A DNA stretch of 62,905 bases, the filler included, from Craspedostauros australis (lineage: Eukaryota): assembly GCA_030167865.1 (NCBI GenBank). It is 8 parts of 8 records of this genome, joined end to end, with 100 filler letters (N's around TTAATTAATTAA, not from the genome) between each part and the next. Parts side by side here need not be neighbours in the genome. Positions count along the whole stretch, not along the records: positions 1 to 20,314 come from JALAGF010004488.1; positions 20,415 to 45,971 come from JALAGF010004492.1; 6 more parts are not named here. The stretch is one strand, 5' to 3'. How positions within the stretch are numbered: the first letter of the stretch is position 1; each line of letters begins with the position of its first letter. Under the pieces are notes generated by a model. The model had not been told where the DNA came from and made no database searches. It worked only from the letters and a program-made list of their open reading frames with translations. Positions 10,202 to 20,702 of this stretch are shown here, in pieces. A program made the translations under genes and the position numbers.

Positions 10202-11350
10202 CTTTGCTGTTGTCTTCGTCGCCGTCGCGAGTCTGTTTGGTTCTGCACGTCGGGCGCATTTGTATGTGCGCATGTATGCATACGTGTCACGAGAATGGTT
10301 TGGTACGGATCACGTATGGGTTGAGATTGGCAATGCGAGCATCATGTGTGAGTTTGGCGGCGAGTTCCGTCCCACGAAGAACGGCAACGATTGTGAGTGT
10401 TGCAGTGATGTGTTCGTTTGTGTGAGCGTCATTGTTGGTGTGTGAAATGACGTGAGACGTGGTGGCGAGCAACGACAACGACAGCAATCAATGAAGATTA
10501 ACGAGATCCATCAATCGACGCAACATCGTGACGATTCGATCACGTCAAGATTGCGCACACAGGAGGCATCAGTTGCGCAGGCAAAGGGAAGGGAAGGGGA
10601 GAGAAGGAACGATGGTGATGGAAAAGAGCAGCTTGAGTTAATTCGGCTTGGAGGAGGTGCGGGATGTGAGCACCTGGATGTGGAGTGGTGCGAGTCTAGA
10701 ATTGGCAGGGCATGAGGCATCCTGGAGGAGATGGTCGCCACCGACAGGCGCCGCAGCGCCGCGGAACAACGAGCCGCGAAGATTGACTGGAATGTAGTAT
10801 GGTGCTCATACTCGCAGGTATCTTGCATTTCGACCGGTGGTGCGTGCTGCCGTTTCATCAGTGCTGCTGCCTCATCTGCGACGCTATCCGCGGTTCGCGT
10901 GCGTGTTGACGTCGGTTTCGCAAATGAATGCACTCTCCGTTGTGTAGGTGCGAGTGTGAATCTGCGCGTGTGCGTTGTCGATTCTTCCTCACGCATCAGC
11001 TCGCCTTCCATCCCCTTGTCTTCGTGATGTGCGCGTACCTTTTGAGCTGTTTCTCTTCTTTGCGGCCTCAGAGGGACTTGTCGTCTCTTTCTTACGCCTG
11101 CTGGTTGTTAGTTGATTGCTGGTTGCTGGCGTTTCCGATCTGATGATTGATTTGTTTTATGAGACTTTGTGTCGATTTCGGAGGCAACGAGGTGATTCCT
11201 GTGAGTTTGTTTCGCGGTGTTCTTAGTGAACATTCCTCTGAAGGAAGATTGGGGGATCAGTGATAGCCAATTCTTCTTCCGAAGGAAGACCTCCCTCTGA
11301 AGGAAGGTTTCCGCCCTCTCAGGAGACAGCCAACCCGAAACACCTCCAAA

Positions 11351-11366
11351 CGCAAACTGGAGACCA
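11351..11366 (-). promoter_or_regulatory. Candidate primer-binding site downstream of LTR-B
   Basis: Minus strand reads AGTG-TGGTCTCCAGTTTGCG just after the LTR's CA end; TGG would pair with tRNA CCA. Confidence 0.45.
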
Positions 11367-11370
11367 CACT

Positions 11371-11646
11371 TGTTGAGAAATCCACTTGCCGTCAATTCAG
11401 AGTCCTTGTTTCACACAAATTGTGCTTTGTTTCTCATTTTGCTTTGTTATCGTCATCGTTGTCTTGTTCTCGGTGGCGAATCATGAGGCCAAAATCTCCA
11501 TCTTGTCACACAATTTCCCTTCTCCATTTTTTTATTCACACTTTGCATTCATTGTCCCACTCGCACAATTCTCTTCATCTGGTGTGCCACTGACATGATG
11601 CTGCTCTTCATGCGGTTTCAGAGTATTGCATCTGTTATTCCTGACA
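11371..11646 (-). mobile_element. LTR family B, 5'-LTR-like copy
   Basis: TGTCAGGAAT..TTTCTCAACA on the minus strand; shares ATGTCAGTGGCACACCAG and GGGAAATTGTGTGACAAGATGGA with 7251-7532. Confidence 0.85.
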
Positions 11647-12135
11647 TGCCCTGCGTACAAACAAGACGGTATTTCCGTTACGAGCCCCTCGAGCGGGTCG
11701 ACCTGCACTTAGAAATGGGCATTCTAATTCTTGGTCTGCGATATCCAAACCAAGCACATATTCGTAATCCTTGTAATCTCCTCATAAGGAATCAACCAAC
11801 AGAATTTAGTTATGTCCTAGTTGAAGTTTTATGGATCTATCTATGCAAACATATCAGACAGGTGGTCCAACAACACAAAATTCGTTGTTTTTTGCCGAAG
11901 GTTCAATGTTCTTGGGAATCTGTCCTGAGATACCCAGTCACGGAAGACATTCTGAAGGTGTGGTTTGTTTGATGCGCGATAATTACACGTTGACATGTGC
12001 CAAATCGTTCGACATTAGAGAGTTATCGCTTGTAACTTTAAGCCATCCCCTGACCCTGTCGATGTGACATGGATTGGGAAGCCTCCCCAAACCTACGCCG
12101 TGACATTGAATCTTGGAAGGATTGGAATGAATCAT

Positions 12136-12659
12136 TAATAGAGCCCAAACGTAATAGCTTATCACTTGTTAGCTGTTGTTGGCTGTAGAGGCTTGATTGG
12201 CAAGCGGGTCCAAACGAGAGTCTTCTGTTCCACAAGTAGTCAATTGAGAATACTGGTAGATGGTGAAGAAACGTGCGGATTATGAGATTAGTGCTATGGT
12301 TCTTTCCTTCGGGGAGGATCTCCTGTGGTGTCCTGAATGACAATGTGTGTGGGTTGTGTAGCCCAAGTACCGTGGGTCGAGATCCGTTGTCTGAGTTCCG
12401 TGAGAGACAATGGGCGATGATGCGTGTTGCTGGGGCTCTGTTTCCGTGTGTCGGCGTTTTGGCGATGGTGGGTGTCAGAAACTTGGGTATCGGAACCCTA
12501 TTGGTTCCCTGACACGAATTCCGAAGATCTGCTTCAAGGTTCTGGATCTGTCTCCAAACGTGGGGTCCGGTGAAGTATCCGTTCGATCTACTGGAATGCT
12601 GACGAGTCGGATGATTCGTAGTCTCTCTCGCTAAGGTGGTTACTAGTTTAGCTCTATTA
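12136..12659 (-). mobile_element. Putative 3' LTR (family D, 524 bp) with TAATAGAGC..GCTCTATTA termini
   Basis: Abuts polypurine tract GAGATGAAGGGGAG (12673-12660), about 85 nt after the pol stop; perfect 9-bp terminal inverted repeat at 12136-12144 and 12651-12659. Confidence 0.7.
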
Positions 12660-12757
12660 CTCCCCTTCATCTCACGTTGAAACGTGAGTTGACTGAAAGC
12701 AAGAAAGCTAATCGTAGTGTGGTTTGTTCCGCCGCCCAAGATGGCGGCGAGCGGGCT

Positions 12758-15700
12758 TCATTCGGACTGTTCGTTGTTGTCGTAGTAGCCGCGGCCTTGG
12801 TGGCGGTTGGTGAGCATGGCTTCCAATGCCTTGTTCAACGAGGAGGTGATGCTGACTTGCTGGACTTGGTTGATGTGGTCAAGCCCTCCGCGGAAAAGGA
12901 TATCGGCGAGGGTTTGGATGACCATAGGTGTCCTCTCGTCGTTTTGGAGGACGGCCTTGATCTGAGCTGTGGGGTCGGGGGGCATCTGGAAGATGGATGG
13001 TTGCATCATCGTTGGTCCTCGGTTGCTGGACATGATGTATCCGGACCGAAGGCGTCGGGGTGACGGGTATGCTATCGTTGGTCGGGCCTCCGTTCGGGCT
13101 CTCTTGTTAGCATTGCTGGTCTCCGGAGTGTCGGGGGTCGATGGTAGGGGATGGTTCGAGGCACGGAGTTGGCGGGTATTGATGCTCGCATACTCATTGT
13201 AATTCACAGGTGCCGGGTACGCGGTTGCTACCGGCACGTCATCATCGGTTGGTCCCTCCAGTGGTGTAGGGACCTCTGGTTGCTCATCCTGGGTTATGGG
13301 AGGCATCGGCTCTGCTGCCTTGGGAGGATTCTCCGCGGCCGTGGTAGGAGCTCTCTTCGCGTTGATGGTCCCACTCGTGGATTTCTTGGCGGATCTGACC
13401 TGTTTGATCGTCTTGATTCCCGACATTCCCGAGGAAATGGTGGAGTCCTCGGATTCGTCGAAGAGCCCCTTTCTTTTGGGGCGATTGCTTTGCTTGCTGC
13501 TGGCTCCAGAGCTGGGTCGTCGCGATGATTGGTTCCGGTCGATTGAGTTGTCTTCTGGTCGGAAGATGGACCCAGAATCGTCACTGTCGCCGGGCTCTGG
13601 GATGGACGCGCTGTCCACGGAGTGGTCGGTTGGGATCATGGGCTTTGGGCGTACCTTGTCGGTATACCCTTGTCCATCTCGCGTGGCGGTCAAGATTTTG
13701 GACGCCGGTGATGGTCGTGATGATCGTCTGATGGGAGGTCTGGGATGGCTGATCACCGCTCCACTTGCGATCTCTGCTTCCACGTCAATCACACTTCCTG
13801 GGTCTTGCGGATCCTGATCTTCCTCTTGGTATGCCTCTGGATCGGATCCGTGGCGGTTGACTTCTTCCGCGGTCATCTTCTCGTCGAAGTGTCCGTCGGG
13901 GATCTCATCCAAGAACCTGCTATCAGGCGTCTCTCCTTCTTCAAGACTGAGTCTGGTATCCTCGAAGGCAGGTATGCTGTCGATCATCTCGTCCTCACTG
14001 GTGGGTGGGTTGGGTTCTCCTGCGAGTGCATTCTCCTCTCGCCTGAGATTGTTGGCGAGAGTGTCACTTTGCTTTCGGACCCCTCGGGCCTTCTGTGCTC
14101 GCGCGAGGATGATCGGGACTCGGTTCTTCCTTACTTTGAAGAAGTGGCAGATGGATGGTTTCCGCATGGTCGCGCGGAACGAGTCTGGTTGCTTGGCCCA
14201 TGCGCCGTCTTCAGCGGAGTAGAAGCATTGACCATTGGCTATGGCGATGCTGAGGACTTCATTGGCTTGGAGGTCGTTGTCCATATATTCGGAGAGGGTG
14301 AGAGGGTAGATGGATTGTTTCTCTACATAGGTGACAAGGCCGGTTGGTGCATTCTTGTTTCCTTTTGTGCAGTAGATATGCACTCTGCGGCCGCTGTACC
14401 CAACAACGATTCCTTGGAAGGTTCCCTTCTTTCCTGCAGGGTACAGCACTCTGGACCCAGGGACGGGGCATCGGTTGCCATCGTAGAATGGGGTGTACTT
14501 TGGGAACGTCATGGTGGGAGCTCTTGTCTGGAGTGGGGTGAAGTTGTGTCCAGGGTCTCGATTATGGCGGCTCTGTTTTTGAGGGGAAGGCATGTTCATG
14601 TTGCGGAATGCGAAAGAGGGTGCGGTCGCATTCCGTGCCAGGTCCTCCTGGAGTTCAGCAATCAGCATGTCACATCTGTATGTTTTGTGCTCAGGTGTGA
14701 CGAAAACCCGAGGTGTCAGGCCCGTGTGGAAGGAAGTTTCACAGTTACCTTCTTCGATAGCCGGCATGGTAGCTCCAGGTGGCGGTTTCCGGAACTTGGT
14801 CGATGTGGCGACGTGTGATTGGTTGTTTGGCATGATGGGCCCTGTCTCCAGCATGTCTCTTGGGTAGTAGAGAACTTCGCTTCCACATGATGCCGCGGAG
14901 GGGTTGATACTCGAGAGTGTGCTGAATTTGTCGGTGAGGGCTGATGGTGGTGTGTCACCACGCTGGATCAGGAATTTGTCGGTTGGCGCACCTGCTGGCT
15001 CGTGGTTCTGATTCGTGGTACGGTTGTCGGTCATGTCGTATACAACACTGGAATTTAGCGTCTGTTGGCGGTTGGGCGAGGCCGGTGTGCTCTTGGTGCG
15101 CTTGATGGGTCTGGATGGTTTCCTTTGTGCCGTTTCGAGGGGGTTCGGTTCTTGTTGGGTTCTGGTTAGCCGAAGGGTTTTCGATGTCGGGCTGTATTTC
15201 ATGGAGGTCTGTTGATACCTCGCCATGTTCACGCTCATAGTGTGTTCTTCCTTCGGCAGTGGTGGTCCTTGCGTTTCTGTGGCCATTAGATCGGGATCAT
15301 CGTCTGCTCTGGTCGTCCTGCTCTGTGTTATAGCTTGTGATATGACTTCGCTGTGGTATCCGGACTCATGGATTGAGTTCCGGAATATCGTTCTCGACGT
15401 GATGTGGTGGAATGGTGTCTTGGAAAGAGGTTTGGTTAGTATGTCGGCGATGTTGTCAACTGACGCAATGTGGGCGAACACGATGATTCCAGCGGCGATG
15501 CATTCCCGGATTTGGTGGAAAGCCAATGAGCAGTGTTTCTTCTTCAGTGTTGAGGATGGGACCGTAGTGTTGAGTACCACCGCTTTGTTGTCTCTGAGCA
15601 TGATTGCAGGTCCGTCGATGGGGACTCCGAGGTCTCTCAGCATGTAGCGCAGACCTGTGACCGCCTCGGTAGCTATCCTGGCTGCTACCAATTCGGATCC

Positions 15701-17245
15701 GTAGGTGGATGTTTCCACTGTGTTCTGTCGCTTGCAGATGGTCTTGACAATGGTATTGTTGATCAATAGTACCACTCTCGTCATGGATTTCCGTGTGACC
15801 TGGTCATGGCCATGGTCGGCGTCCACGTAACACGTGATTTGGACCGGCTTCCCTTTTGGTGTTGGTACTGATACGGGGGTGACTTCTGCTGCGGTAGGGT
15901 AGAATTCTCTCCAGTGGCTTGAGAGGGTAGTGTCGATGTTTGTGTGGTCCACTGGGTTGGGGTCGCAAAGGATGGCTCCCCTTTCTCGACCTTTGAGGTA
16001 CCCAATGATACGTTGGATGGTCAGGAGATGTCCTTCCCTTGGTGCCATAGCGAACCGTGCCATCGTCGTCGTGGCATATTGGATGTCCAACCTCCCGAGG
16101 GTCACAACCCAATTGAGGCAACCCAGTATTGATCGGTAGGTCCTGGCGTCTTCAGTGCTTGTGAGATCCGAGGTGTCGCTTTCTGGGTGACAGGCCTCTA
16201 CCATGGGAGTGGATGCCTTCGGGATTGTCTTCCCTACTAGTTGCTCCACTCGTTTGATGACGCTTCCAATGTATGTCTGGGCCGAGAGTCCGATGTTGAC
16301 TCCCCTATCCTTCCAGTTCTTGGGAAGGTCGACGATGTTTCTGCCAAGGTAGTACTCTGGGTCACCACATTGCTTCATGGTGTACCGTTTCTTGAGGTCG
16401 TCGATGATTGGGATGGGGTCCTTGATGAAGACCAGCACGTCATCCGCGTATGTGGTGATCATCTCGTAGTGGTTGTCGGCTTCTCGGGTGTAGATGTCGT
16501 TGTCGGCTTTGGAGGGTAGGAATTCCATGGTTCGGAGGGTGTCCGCGAAGTGTTCGTGGAACCTCGCACTTGATGTCCTCAGGCCGTAGAGTCCCTTTTG
16601 GATGATGAGGGGTTTGCCTTCGAGGTCGCCAAATTCAGGTCCTGCTCGGATGTAGCATTTCTTGAGGGTGTCTGCGTATAGAAACGCGTTCCCTACGTCG
16701 CCGGCGTATGCTCTCAGTCCGTTGGCTGCTGTGATGGCGAAGGCGATTTGGATGGTGTCTGATGCTACCACCCCTGAGTATACGTCTTCTGTTGGTGGGG
16801 ATGTCTTGTTTCCGTTTGCCACCAGTCTTGCCTTTCGACGTAGGTCGAACTTCACGTCGTAGACGATGTGGTATGGGATCTTGGTGTACCCATCTAGTGC
16901 TTCGTTCGGTCTCAGTTGTCTGAAGGTTCCCAACCGTTTGATCTGGTCCAGTTCCTTGTTGATGGCTTCGCTCCAGAGTCCGTTTCCGCTGAGCCTGTCG
17001 ATAGCCATGGCGTGTTTCAGGCTGTTGGATACCAGGGTGCCGAACTTGTACTTGTTTCCTGGGCGATGGTTCGCCAGTTTGGTGGCTAACATTGATCGCA
17101 TGTGCTGGTTCCTTGCTCTGTGGAGTTCCACCCATTCGAACCCTTTCTGGTCCTGTAGGCGGTTCTGCTCGGTGTATTCGATGATGATGTCCGGCTGTTG
17201 GGCCCTTAGGTCTCCCATCCTGCACCATGATCGCATTCCGTTCAT
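12758..17245 (-). CDS. CoDi pol RT-RNase H with an in-frame C-terminal extension of about 870 aa
   Basis: 1495-aa ORF; RNase H ends near 15390 but the frame stays open to 12758. Confidence 0.8.
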   Translation of the reverse strand: MNGMRSWCRMGDLRAQQPDIIIEYTEQNRLQDQKGFEWVELHRARNQHMRSMLATKLANHRPGNKYKFGTLVSNSLKHAMAIDRLSGNGLWSEAINKELDQIKRLGTFRQLRPNEALDGYTKIPYHIVYDVKFDLRRKARLVANGNKTSPPTEDVYSGVVASDTIQIAFAITAANGLRAYAGDVGNAFLYADTLKKCYIRAGPEFGDLEGKPLIIQKGLYGLRTSSARFHEHFADTLRTMEFLPSKADNDIYTREADNHYEMITTYADDVLVFIKDPIPIIDDLKKRYTMKQCGDPEYYLGRNIVDLPKNWKDRGVNIGLSAQTYIGSVIKRVEQLVGKTIPKASTPMVEACHPESDTSDLTSTEDARTYRSILGCLNWVVTLGRLDIQYATTTMARFAMAPREGHLLTIQRIIGYLKGRERGAILCDPNPVDHTNIDTTLSSHWREFYPTAAEVTPVSVPTPKGKPVQITCYVDADHGHDQVTRKSMTRVVLLINNTIVKTICKRQNTVETSTYGSELVAARIATEAVTGLRYMLRDLGVPIDGPAIMLRDNKAVVLNTTVPSSTLKKKHCSLAFHQIRECIAAGIIVFAHIASVDNIADILTKPLSKTPFHHITSRTIFRNSIHESGYHSEVISQAITQSRTTRADDDPDLMATETQGPPLPKEEHTMSVNMARYQQTSMKYSPTSKTLRLTRTQQEPNPLETAQRKPSRPIKRTKSTPASPNRQQTLNSSVVYDMTDNRTTNQNHEPAGAPTDKFLIQRGDTPPSALTDKFSTLSSINPSAASCGSEVLYYPRDMLETGPIMPNNQSHVATSTKFRKPPPGATMPAIEEGNCETSFHTGLTPRVFVTPEHKTYRCDMLIAELQEDLARNATAPSFAFRNMNMPSPQKQSRHNRDPGHNFTPLQTRAPTMTFPKYTPFYDGNRCPVPGSRVLYPAGKKGTFQGIVVGYSGRRVHIYCTKGNKNAPTGLVTYVEKQSIYPLTLSEYMDNDLQANEVLSIAIANGQCFYSAEDGAWAKQPDSFRATMRKPSICHFFKVRKNRVPIILARAQKARGVRKQSDTLANNLRREENALAGEPNPPTSEDEMIDSIPAFEDTRLSLEEGETPDSRFLDEIPDGHFDEKMTAEEVNRHGSDPEAYQEEDQDPQDPGSVIDVEAEIASGAVISHPRPPIRRSSRPSPASKILTATRDGQGYTDKVRPKPMIPTDHSVDSASIPEPGDSDDSGSIFRPEDNSIDRNQSSRRPSSGASSKQSNRPKRKGLFDESEDSTISSGMSGIKTIKQVRSAKKSTSGTINAKRAPTTAAENPPKAAEPMPPITQDEQPEVPTPLEGPTDDDVPVATAYPAPVNYNEYASINTRQLRASNHPLPSTPDTPETSNANKRARTEARPTIAYPSPRRLRSGYIMSSNRGPTMMQPSIFQMPPDPTAQIKAVLQNDERTPMVIQTLADILFRGGLDHINQVQQVSITSSLNKALEAMLTNRHQGRGYYDNNEQSE

Positions 17246-20200
17246 CCATAGGATCTCTAGGATTGCTTTGGTGGTTCCGTCCTCTCGTGTCTCGTGGTGG
17301 TGACGGGTGATTCCCTTTGCCTTCCAGTTGAGGTTCCTTCCATTGAGGATGAAGTTGTCTCTTTCGGTGTACTGGTCGCATTGTGCCAGGTATGCAAGTT
17401 AGTTGACTTCTGTTGCTGTGAGGTTGCAGGCAAAAGAGATGGATGTCATGTCCCATGGGATGTTCGTGTTGCACTCTGGTGGGTTTTGCCTCGGGTTCCC
17501 TGGATGGTTTGTTAGGGTGGGTACCCTTTGCGGTGGCGCGGTATTCACGCCTGTCGTGACTGGATCCGCTGCGATGGTCTGGATTATGGATCTGATCGTT
17601 CCATGGACGATGTTCTTCCATGGGATNNNNNNNNNNNNNNNNNNNNNNNNNNNNNNNNGTTTGTTTTGCTTGGTCCTCTTATTCCCTCCCCTTTCTTCGG
17701 GGCCGTCATCCATGCGTTGGTATGATGGTGGTCCCGACGAACATGGAAGATACGAAGATCCTGGATCAGAGTCTCCCCTGTCTGGCGTATCGCGGTTTGC
17801 TTGGGGTTTGTCCTTCTCGGTGGCACGTGTCGTGGGTGTCTTCGCTGTTCGCTTGGTTAGCGTTTGGGATTGGGTGACGGGTCCTGTGTTCCGTGCCTCC
17901 CCTGAGTTTGGGATCCCGGCGGGTCGCGTCAGTTTGTTGGTCTTGTTCTCCCATGCCCGTGGGTGCGTCGTCTTGGCCGTCGCTGCATACCCTCTTTTCG
18001 GTGGGGTCTTGGTCTTCCACCCTTGTGGGGTACCGGACAGTTCCAGCAGGGTCCGTGTGCTGGGGTTATCCGCCTCGGGGTCCATGTCTTGGTCGAAGGT
18101 GACACGCCTGTTGTTGTGTATACCTTTCCGGAAGGGGCGGACCACGCTCCATACCAACACGCGTCGGGATTCGTCGTCCAGCACGTGGTAGGTGAGGAAA
18201 TCCCCATGGGACTCTGCCACACCAAGCCAGTATCCTGATTTCTCCTTCGAGTTCGGGAAGGTAGCGTTGGGGTCATGGTACAAGACCTTCTCGTAGAATT
18301 GAAAGGTCAAGAGCGCAGAGATGTCGACGGTCTCTCCGTGTCGTACAGTGTATGGGATTGCGTATCGTAGGGACGGGTCTGATGTATGGTTGTGCACGTA
18401 GCACATATATCGGAAAGCGTGGAACCACGCCTTTGGTGGTGCCACAGTTTGGTCGATGAGTGTTGTGACGCATCGCTTCATGTACAGGATGGCATTGTGC
18501 TCGGCCGGGTTCTACTGCTGGTTGTGCGGTTCTGTCAGCCTTGATTTGATGTGGAGGTCCCTAAGAAGCTTGAGGACCTTCTCTCCGGTCTGTTCCTTCG
18601 CGTTGTCGCTGTGGAAGGCCCATGGTGCTCCCTCTGTCCTGATGAAATCCTGGAAGGCGACGAAAACCCCTTCTTTCTTCTTCAGGCCGTATGCGTTGAT
18701 CATGTGGGAGGATGTTCCGTAGAAGATTTGTGCCATGGAGTATCCGTCTCCGAAAGACTTGACGTTGGAGAATATGGTGTCTGTCGCCACGATCTCCCGG
18801 ATTCGTTGTCGTTGCATCCATTCGAACCTGGACTTCTTGTGCCTTCGCATAGGGTAGGTGATCACTGCCTGCGTGAGTTGTGTGGTTCTGGCGAGGGTCT
18901 GTTTGATCACGTGCATGGGTAGGTACCCGAGGTACGGTTGGATCTTGTGAAGATCGATGGACTTCCATTTAGCTCGGAAAGGAAACCCTTGGTGGCTGTA
19001 CTCGGTCATGGCTTCTGCAGGGTGTCGGTCCATGGTATCCATGGGATTATCCTTTCCCGGTTCATCAGTGCCGGTGGGGTTCTCGCCTTTGGTGTGCCCA
19101 TGGTATTCAGGTGCGCTTTGTGGGTCTCCCCGGAGGGTGTCAGCGCGTGTTGCCTTGGTCACGCCGATCTTGTTGGGGATGCGAAATGTCTCCCGATTTC
19201 TCTGGAACGCCGGTTCGGATCCTACCGAGTGTAAGGATGAGATGGCGCTGTCTGCCTCGTCATCCGGGTCTGGTACCTTTGTCAGTGGTACGTTGGTTGA
19301 CTCGGTGTATCCCTTCTGGTCCGTTCCTACCGCGTTAGCCTTGCGATCGATGCCTAGCTCCCTGTATAGGTGGTCGATGTCTCCCGCAGAGAGATTGTCC
19401 ACCAGGTCGAAGAGGGTGCCTTGGATCAAGATGGCCGTGTCGGTGGCCGATTTCGCGAACGTCACCGTGTCAATTGCATGTGACATTCCGATGAGCTCCT
19501 CAAGACTTAGAGTGTCAAGAAATGCGTCCACTTTGGGGTATTCCTCGTGTACACGGTTGGGGTCTCCTGTGGCGTGCTCATCTGGATGATGGGCGTTGGG
19601 GTCCATGGGTTCTCGTCCCTTCACGGGATTATCCGGGGTGCCGTCCTTGGCCTGGCGTGTCCCGGGTTCCATGGGATCCATTGATGCGTTGTGAGCGCTT
19701 GGATCCATCGCTCCAGCGTCATGCGGTGCATCAGGTCGGCCATCCCAATCAACTACCTTTTCTCCTCCGATTGGGTCCCTGGTAAGGTAGCAACCCATGG
19801 GCATGTTGCATACGTGTCCTCCTTGGTGATCCGAAGGGTTCCATCCTTGCTTTGGGGTGATGTCGTGGGTGGGCAGATCCTCATCGTCCTCCATGATGGG
19901 GAAGACGTCGAACGTCATCAGCACGTCTTGCATCTCCAAGTTGATCGTTGTGTCCTCGTCAGGCATCAGGCATTGTCTTCCTGTGCCTGGTGTCGAGAAC
20001 GATGCCCGGTGTTCCGACGAAACCGTATCGAGGACGGTTCCACTGGCCCGAATTTGGTGGTCGGAGAGCAGCGTTACCCGGCTGTCAACGTTCAGGGCGG
20101 CTTTGTAGATCCGGAGGATCACTTCGTTGCCTTCCCTGGTCCTGGCCTTGATGCTCGCGTCTATCACCGCGAGGTTGTTCTTCCTCATCGTGCTTGCCAC

Positions 20201-20358
20201 GGCACCGACGATGTTGTACGTCCGATGCGAGTATACGTAGTCAATCTTCCAGACTCGGTCCTTGTTCCCAATGACGCAGCATTGTGCGCCGCCGTCGCAT
20301 ACTGCGTATGTTTGNNNNNNNNNNNNNNNNNNNNNNNNNNNNNNNNNNNNNNNNNNNN

Positions 20359-20370
20359 TTAATTAATTAA
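20359..20370. other. Artificial contig linker TTAATTAATTAA within N runs (also at 46016, 47349, 49652, 54520, 56727, 59382)
   Basis: Identical 12-mer with stops in all six frames, always embedded in N runs. Confidence 0.97.
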
Positions 20371-20414
20371 NNNNNNNNNNNNNNNNNNNNNNNNNNNNNN
20401 NNNNNNNNNNNNNN

Positions 20415-20700
20415 TGTAACCAACTGTAACCAATGAGATCCAAAAAAATTCCAGTCTGTCCGTCGTCCGATGGAAAAACCACACCAAGGGGGTCAACATA
20501 CAGATAAAGATCGACAAGATGGTAGTAACAACAAGATAATGTTATTGCTTTCCTGGATAGCCCTGAGTCTTAAGTTTAGGTAGATGCAAAGAGATGTTCG
20601 ATTGAGTGTCTATAACTTTAAGTCTGAGATCGGGAAAATTGGATCCAAAATCTGTAACCAATTGTAACCAATTTTTGGGGTCCGGCTCTTTGAGGCACTA
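20415..20700. repeat. Possible DNA-transposon end with subterminal direct repeats
   Basis: TGTAACCAAYTGTAACCAAT at 20415 and 20653, GATCCAAAA twice; ends ..GAGGCACTA (TAGTG on minus) where the copia ORF starts abruptly. Confidence 0.35.
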
Positions 20701-20702
20701 GC

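Larger units (their letters stand above)
12136..20314 (-). mobile_element. CoDi-type Ty1/copia retrotransposon (PR-INT-chromo-like-RT-RH-extension-LTR), 5' part cut by a contig break
   Basis: Protease VCDGGAQCCVIG near 20300; integrase ATDTIFS, SDNAKEQ, TEPHNQQ*NPAE; RT YDVKFDLRRKARLVANG, DVGNAFL, YADD; RH YVDADHGHD, ETSTYGSELVAA, NIADILTKPL; stop at 18512 and a frameshift near 17400. Confidence 0.93.

Noticed and set aside
9285..10445. Long antisense ORFs (386 aa here; also 13745-14818, 31389-32459, 38868-39746, 51479-52609)
   Set aside because: Shadows of real coding strands with no motifs of their own
20315..20414. Recurring TTAATTAATTAA between N runs as a biological repeat or CRISPR-like array
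   Set aside because: It is a six-frame-stop assembly linker; it also makes gene order across the seven junctions unreliable
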